In this document: positions 59,345 through 64,000 of the stretch, one piece after another
How positions within the stretch are numbered: the stretch's first letter is position 1
Layout: each line of letters starts with the position of its first letter
From: Somniosus microcephalus
Taxonomy: Eukaryota
DNA length: 64,000 nt
Assembly: GCA_052327205.1 (NCBI GenBank)
Contig: CM126203.1
Span: 195,238,001-195,302,000, forward strand
Direction of reading: 5' to 3'
The notes under the pieces: model-generated
Told to the model about the DNA's origin: nothing
Databases searched by the model: none
Seen by the model: the letters and a program-made list of their open reading frames with translations, nothing else
Made by a program: the position numbers and the translations under genes

Positions 59345-62300
59345 CTAGCAGGTCGTGATCAATCTCTCTGGCGGCTTGTGAGCCCTTGGTGAACGTCTTA
59401 CAGTCAAGTCCCTGCTTGGTTGTGGTAGAGCCACCTGCTGCTCCTGAGCAGTACTCAGAGTATCTGACTCTGCTACGATGGTTTCCTCTTGACGAAGAGG
59501 TCCAGGTGGAACTGGCTCTGTTCGTGGTGGTGGTACCACCGATGCATTTGGATAACTGGGGGCCAACTTGTCCTCCGACATCTCCTCTGGAAACTCTAGT
59601 TCGATTCCCCCTTGCCTGGTCAGTATCTGATCTACATGTCTGCGTAATACCTGACCAGTTCCCACCATGACTGTATATGATACTGGACTGGTCATTGAGT
59701 CTATGACGCCAGGAATCCATTTTGGACCATAACTGAAATTCCTGGTAAGGACCGCATCTCCTTCTCCAAAACTGCGGCTCTTTGTCCTTCTTTCATGGTT
59801 CTCCTTTTGTTTGATTTGTCGGTTTTCCACCTTTTTAGGTCTGGGTGAACCAGGTCAAGAGTGGAGCGTAGTCGACGTCCTAACAACAGCTCAGCAGGAG
59901 AGAGTCCTGTGGTAGATTGAGGTGTTATTCTGTAGCTGAACAGAACTCGTGACACTTTGGCTGCCAAACTCCCTTCCGCACTTTTTTTCATCATCTCCTT
60001 AAATGTTTGTACGGCTCTCTCCGCAAGTCCATTTGAAGACGGATGATATGGAGCTGAGGTCACGTGCACTAGGCCATTGTTTCTCATGAATTCTTTTGTT
60101 TCTGTACTCACAAAACACGTGGCATTGTCACTTACTACGATCTCCGGTAGCCCTTGATTACTAAAACTCCTACGCAGGCAGTCTATAGTAACAGTAGATG
60201 AAGCAGAATTTACAGGATACACATCCATCCATTTGGAATGTGCATCAATGATTATGAGGAACATCTTTCCCATGAATGGACCCGCATAATCTACATGTAA
60301 TCTTCTCCATGGTTTATCCGGCCACTCCCAGGGGTGGAGAGGAGCCGCTGCTGGTGCCTTCCTGTGTACTTGACAAGTGCTGCATGTCTTGACTAGATTT
60401 TCTATCTCCTCATCTAGCTTTGGCCATCACAAGTAACTCCTTGCCAAGGCTTTCATACGCGAAACTCCAGGATGACACTGATGTAGTTGCCCTAGGATAG
60501 ACTGTCGTGCTGGCTGTGGAATAATCACTCGTGCTCCCCACAACACGCAACCATTCTGCACACCCAGCTCTGTCTTCCTGACACTGTAAGGTGTGAAATC
60601 AGTCCCTTCCGGATGCTGTAGCCAACCCCTCATCACATATTCTCGGACTCTAGACAGTACTGGATCTTTACCGGTCCATGTCCTTGTTCAGCGGTCACAA
60701 TTGCCGTGTCCGTGTCCTCCAACATCAAAACTCTGTCCTCTGGAGCTGCACGGATAGGTGTACCTGGCAGTGGAAGACAGCTCAAGGCATCTGCGTTCCC
60801 ATGATACTTGCCCGCCTTGTAAATGATGACATACTCATATGCCCTCAACGTCACTGCCCACCTCTGGATGACACCATCTGTGGTACTGCTTTCATTTCAT
60901 TAAAAAGAGATAGAAGAGGTTTATGATCGGTGCATATGGTGAATTTCCTACCATATATGTACTTGTGAAACCTCTGTAACCCAAACATTACTGCTAACCC
61001 CTCTTTATCTAACTGGGAATAGTTTTTTTCTGCTGGTGTCAGAGTTTGAGACATAAACCCTATTGGTCTTTCTGTTCCATCTTCCAAGCTGTGTGAAAGA
61101 ACCGCCCCACCCCATAAGCTGAAGCATCACAAGAGAGAATGATGTCTTTCTCTGCATTGTAGTGAACCAGCACATCTGAGGACAGCATCAGTTTCTTGGA
61201 CTGTTCAAATGAAACCCTCTGTTCCTCTTCCCACTGCCACTGTGTCTCCTTATGCAGAAGTTTGTGAAGAGGTGCTAACACTGTTGCCAAGTTTGGTAAA
61301 AATCTGTTATAATAGTTTAGCAGTCCCAGGTAAGCTTTTAACTCCATCACATTGGTAGGAGCTGGGGCCTCCTGCAGTGCTTGTACCTTCTCCTTGATTG
61401 GATGGAGCCCAGTGGCGTCCACTCTGTGTCCCAGGAACACAGCCTCATTCCCCAGGAAAGTGCACTTACTCCTCTTGAGCCGTAACCCAGCCTTATCCAA
61501 TCTTTGTAGTACCGCTCTGAGTGCTCAGATGCTCCTGGTTGCTTCTTCCCATCACCAGAATGTCATCCAGATAGATTGAAACATGTGGAATCCCTTGCAG
61601 TACACCCTCGATAGTCCTCTGGAAAATAGCTGGACTAGATGAGACACCGAATGGTAAGCGGTTATAGGTAAACAAACCCTTGTGTGTATTTATGGTTACA
61701 TACTTCTTGGATTCCTCATCTAGTGCAATCTGCAAGTATGCATGACTCATATCCAGCTTCGTGAATTTCTTCCCTCCAGCCAGGTTCGCAAAGAGATCCT
61801 CTGTTTTGGGAATAGGATACTGTTCTAGTTTAGACACCCTATTTACTGTCAATTTATAATCTCCACAGAGTCTTACCGAATTGTCCAGTTTTAAAACAGG
61901 TACAATGGGAGCTGAACATTTCAAGGGTTCCAGAATGTTCTCTCTCAAAAGACGGTCAAGCTCAGCCTCTACCTTTGGTTTCATGGCATACGACACAGGT
62001 CGTTGTTTAAAATACCTTGGCAGTGCCTCCTTGTCTACATAAATCTTAGCTGGGGGTCATTAAATGTGCCAAGTTATTCCTTGAACACGTTCTCATGTTC
62101 AATCAACAGTTCTTGCAAAGACAATTGTTTGCCTCCCTCTATTTGATTTATTGCTCCCCAATCTAATTTAAGTTCTTGTATCCAGCCCCGACCTAACAAG
62201 TTTGGTCCGGAACCCGATACTACAACTACAGGTAGCTGTTCCATGGTGTCCCTGCGTTGCACAGTTACAGTAGCTGTACCCAATGTCACCACTCGTTCAC

Positions 62301-62500
62301 CGGTATATATTTTAAGCTGCATAGAGCAAGACTTTAACTCTGGAACTTTTGCATGGTTCCACAGTTTTGAGTACTCCTCCCTGTTCATTATGGTTACGCC
62401 GCATCCTGTATCCACTTCAAAGTTGACCTTAGAGTCATTTACTGTCAGTTGCAAAGTGATAGGATCCACTTTTGGAATGTTCTCTACCATACTATGCATT
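59345..62500 (-). pseudogene. pol: Gypsy pol (PR-RT-RNaseH-IN), frameshifted
   Basis: FEVDTGCG, RLCGDYK, YLDDILV, CDASAYGVG, HQCHPGVSRMK, VSDNAT, SNGLAERAVQTFK. Confidence 0.93.
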
Positions 62501-62562
62501 ATGAAAAGATCGTCTTCTTTCTCAGCTTCTTCGCTGATGTGATGTGCTCCCTGTCTTTTCAC

Positions 62563-63348
62563 TTATCTTCCTAGGTTTTGCTTTCCTCCTCCTTTTGGTT
62601 TGTATTCCTCCACGATTGCTTTTGCCCTGCATGCACGTTTTATATGTCTTTTTTTCCCACACTTGTGGCACTTTTCCTCCAGAAACCTGCATTCCCTCGC
62701 CAGGTGATCGCCATTGCATCTATAACATGCCTTCACATGCTCACGTTGTGGTTTCTGACGCATATTTAACTTGTGCACAACAACCTGACCTGCAACTTGC
62801 TTTGTAGTAGCCCAGCCTGAACCTTGTATTTCTTTTACATCTCAGTTCGCTGTCTCTATGGCTTGAGCAAGTTCCAATGATTTTTCATATGTAAGCCCAG
62901 TCTCGGACAATAATCTCCGCTGCATTCGATCATCCATTATCCCGCAAACTAGCCTATCTCTCAGCATGTCTTTCAGGTTGTTCCTGTATTTGCAATCATG
63001 TGCCAAATTTCGCAACACCGCTACATAATCCAATACAGTCTCTCCTGGTTTTCTGTTCCGTGAATTAAATTTGAAACGCTGTACAATCTCACTCGGTCTG
63101 GGATTGAAATGGTCCTGTAGCAAGGCCACTAAGTTAGCAAATGAACTGTCTCCAGGCTTTTCAGGACTGCGTAAGTTTCTCATTAAACTATATGTCTGAC
63201 TTCCCACGGAAGTGAGCAAAATAGCTCTCCTTTTTCCGACATCAATTATATCATTTGCTTCAAAGAAATGCATCAGCAACTCGCAGTACTCATCCCAGGT
63301 CTGCGTCTGAACATCAAAAGCAGAGATCTTTCCTTCCATAGCAGCCAT
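62563..63348 (-). pseudogene. gag: Gypsy gag
   Basis: RFKFNSRNRKPGETVLDYVAVLR...LRDRLVCGI; CYRCNGDHLARECRFLEEKCHKCGKKRHIKRAC. Confidence 0.9.
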
Positions 63349-63729
63349 GATCCTCTATTCAGTGCTCTTTTTTTCTGCTTCAAGATGTGATCTGTTTATC
63401 CTCGTCGCCAATATGTGATATCCGAGTGGTAAGGTCCGAAACTGAGAGAAGCGAGATATTAGGAACAAAACCCAACTATTTATTACACGGTGTAGCAGAG
63501 GAACATCTCTTACAGGCTGCAAGCAAGACACACAATTCTTACTGCACGATGGCAAGATGGAGGATTCACCTCTGAGTCATACCCATAATGCAATGCCACA
63601 TTACCGTATAAACTGGTGTACCAGGACATTGAATACATGACCCATTACCTTAAAAACTGGTGAATGTGAACCCTTAATATTTGGCTCCATCTGGTGGATA
63701 ACTTAAACATTACATCCCAGATTACTATA

Positions 63730-63907
63730 CTAACCTGCCCAGCAGGAAACTGATGGGATGGGATCGGATGCCCATTTTACAGTGCATCCCATTTTACTTT
63801 CCATTGACGTCAATAGAAAGTTAAATAAGGCGGGGTATAAAACAGCCAGTGCCAGTGGATCTGATCCCATCAGTTTCCCATCAGCTGGGTTAGGTTAAAG
63901 TCACTCC
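63730..63907. mobile_element. Palindromic MITE split by the Gypsy insertion (left tip at ~58915-58933)
   Basis: GTAATTTCAACCTAAC on the left pairs with GTTAGGTTAAAGTCAC on the right; GGAAACTGATGGGAT/ATCCCATCAGTTTCC; centre CCATTGACGTCAAT. Confidence 0.75.
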
Positions 63908-64000
63908 ATTACCATAGACATCAATAAAGCTGTCAGAAAATAAAGAATAGCTGGTGGAAAGCATTCTATAACTATTGCAAAATAGCAACCTGGTTGCGAT

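Larger units (their letters stand above)
58934..63729 (-). mobile_element. Gypsy (Mag-like) LTR retrotransposon, full length, decayed ORFs
   Basis: 316-bp LTRs at 63414-63729 and 58934-59249 (6 substitutions counted by eye), TSD CTAAC, PBS TGGCGACGAGGAT (tRNA-Ser(GCT)-like) at 63398-63410, PPT GAGGGGAGGGA at 59250-59260. Confidence 0.96.

Overview
Eukaryotic, almost entirely transposon-derived DNA. The repeat repertoire (CR1 LINEs with (CTTATGTT)n-type tails, a DeuSINE/SacSINE1-like SINE, Penelope-type hammerhead fragments) points to a cartilaginous fish, probably a shark (inference). I found no convincing host gene, rRNA, tRNA or CRISPR array. Contents: one CR1 with an open 962-aa ORF2 and a convergent sister copy, many decayed CR1 and L2 pieces, two Mag-like Gypsy LTR retrotransposons with both LTRs (PBS, PPT and 5-bp TSDs found), a 1166-bp solo retroviral-type LTR, and many PIF/Harbinger elements (transposase plus spliced Myb/SANT gene) and their MITEs, often nested. 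The best leads are: (1) a ~210-nt optional, highly base-paired RNA module between two tandem 3' tails of a CR1 family, present in one copy and absent from its sisters; (2) a solo LTR with a 156-aa ATG-initiated ORF in U3 and a very long apparent R region; (3) complementary Harbinger copies with intron-containing Myb genes and subterminal hairpins. All calls are by eye; no searches were run.
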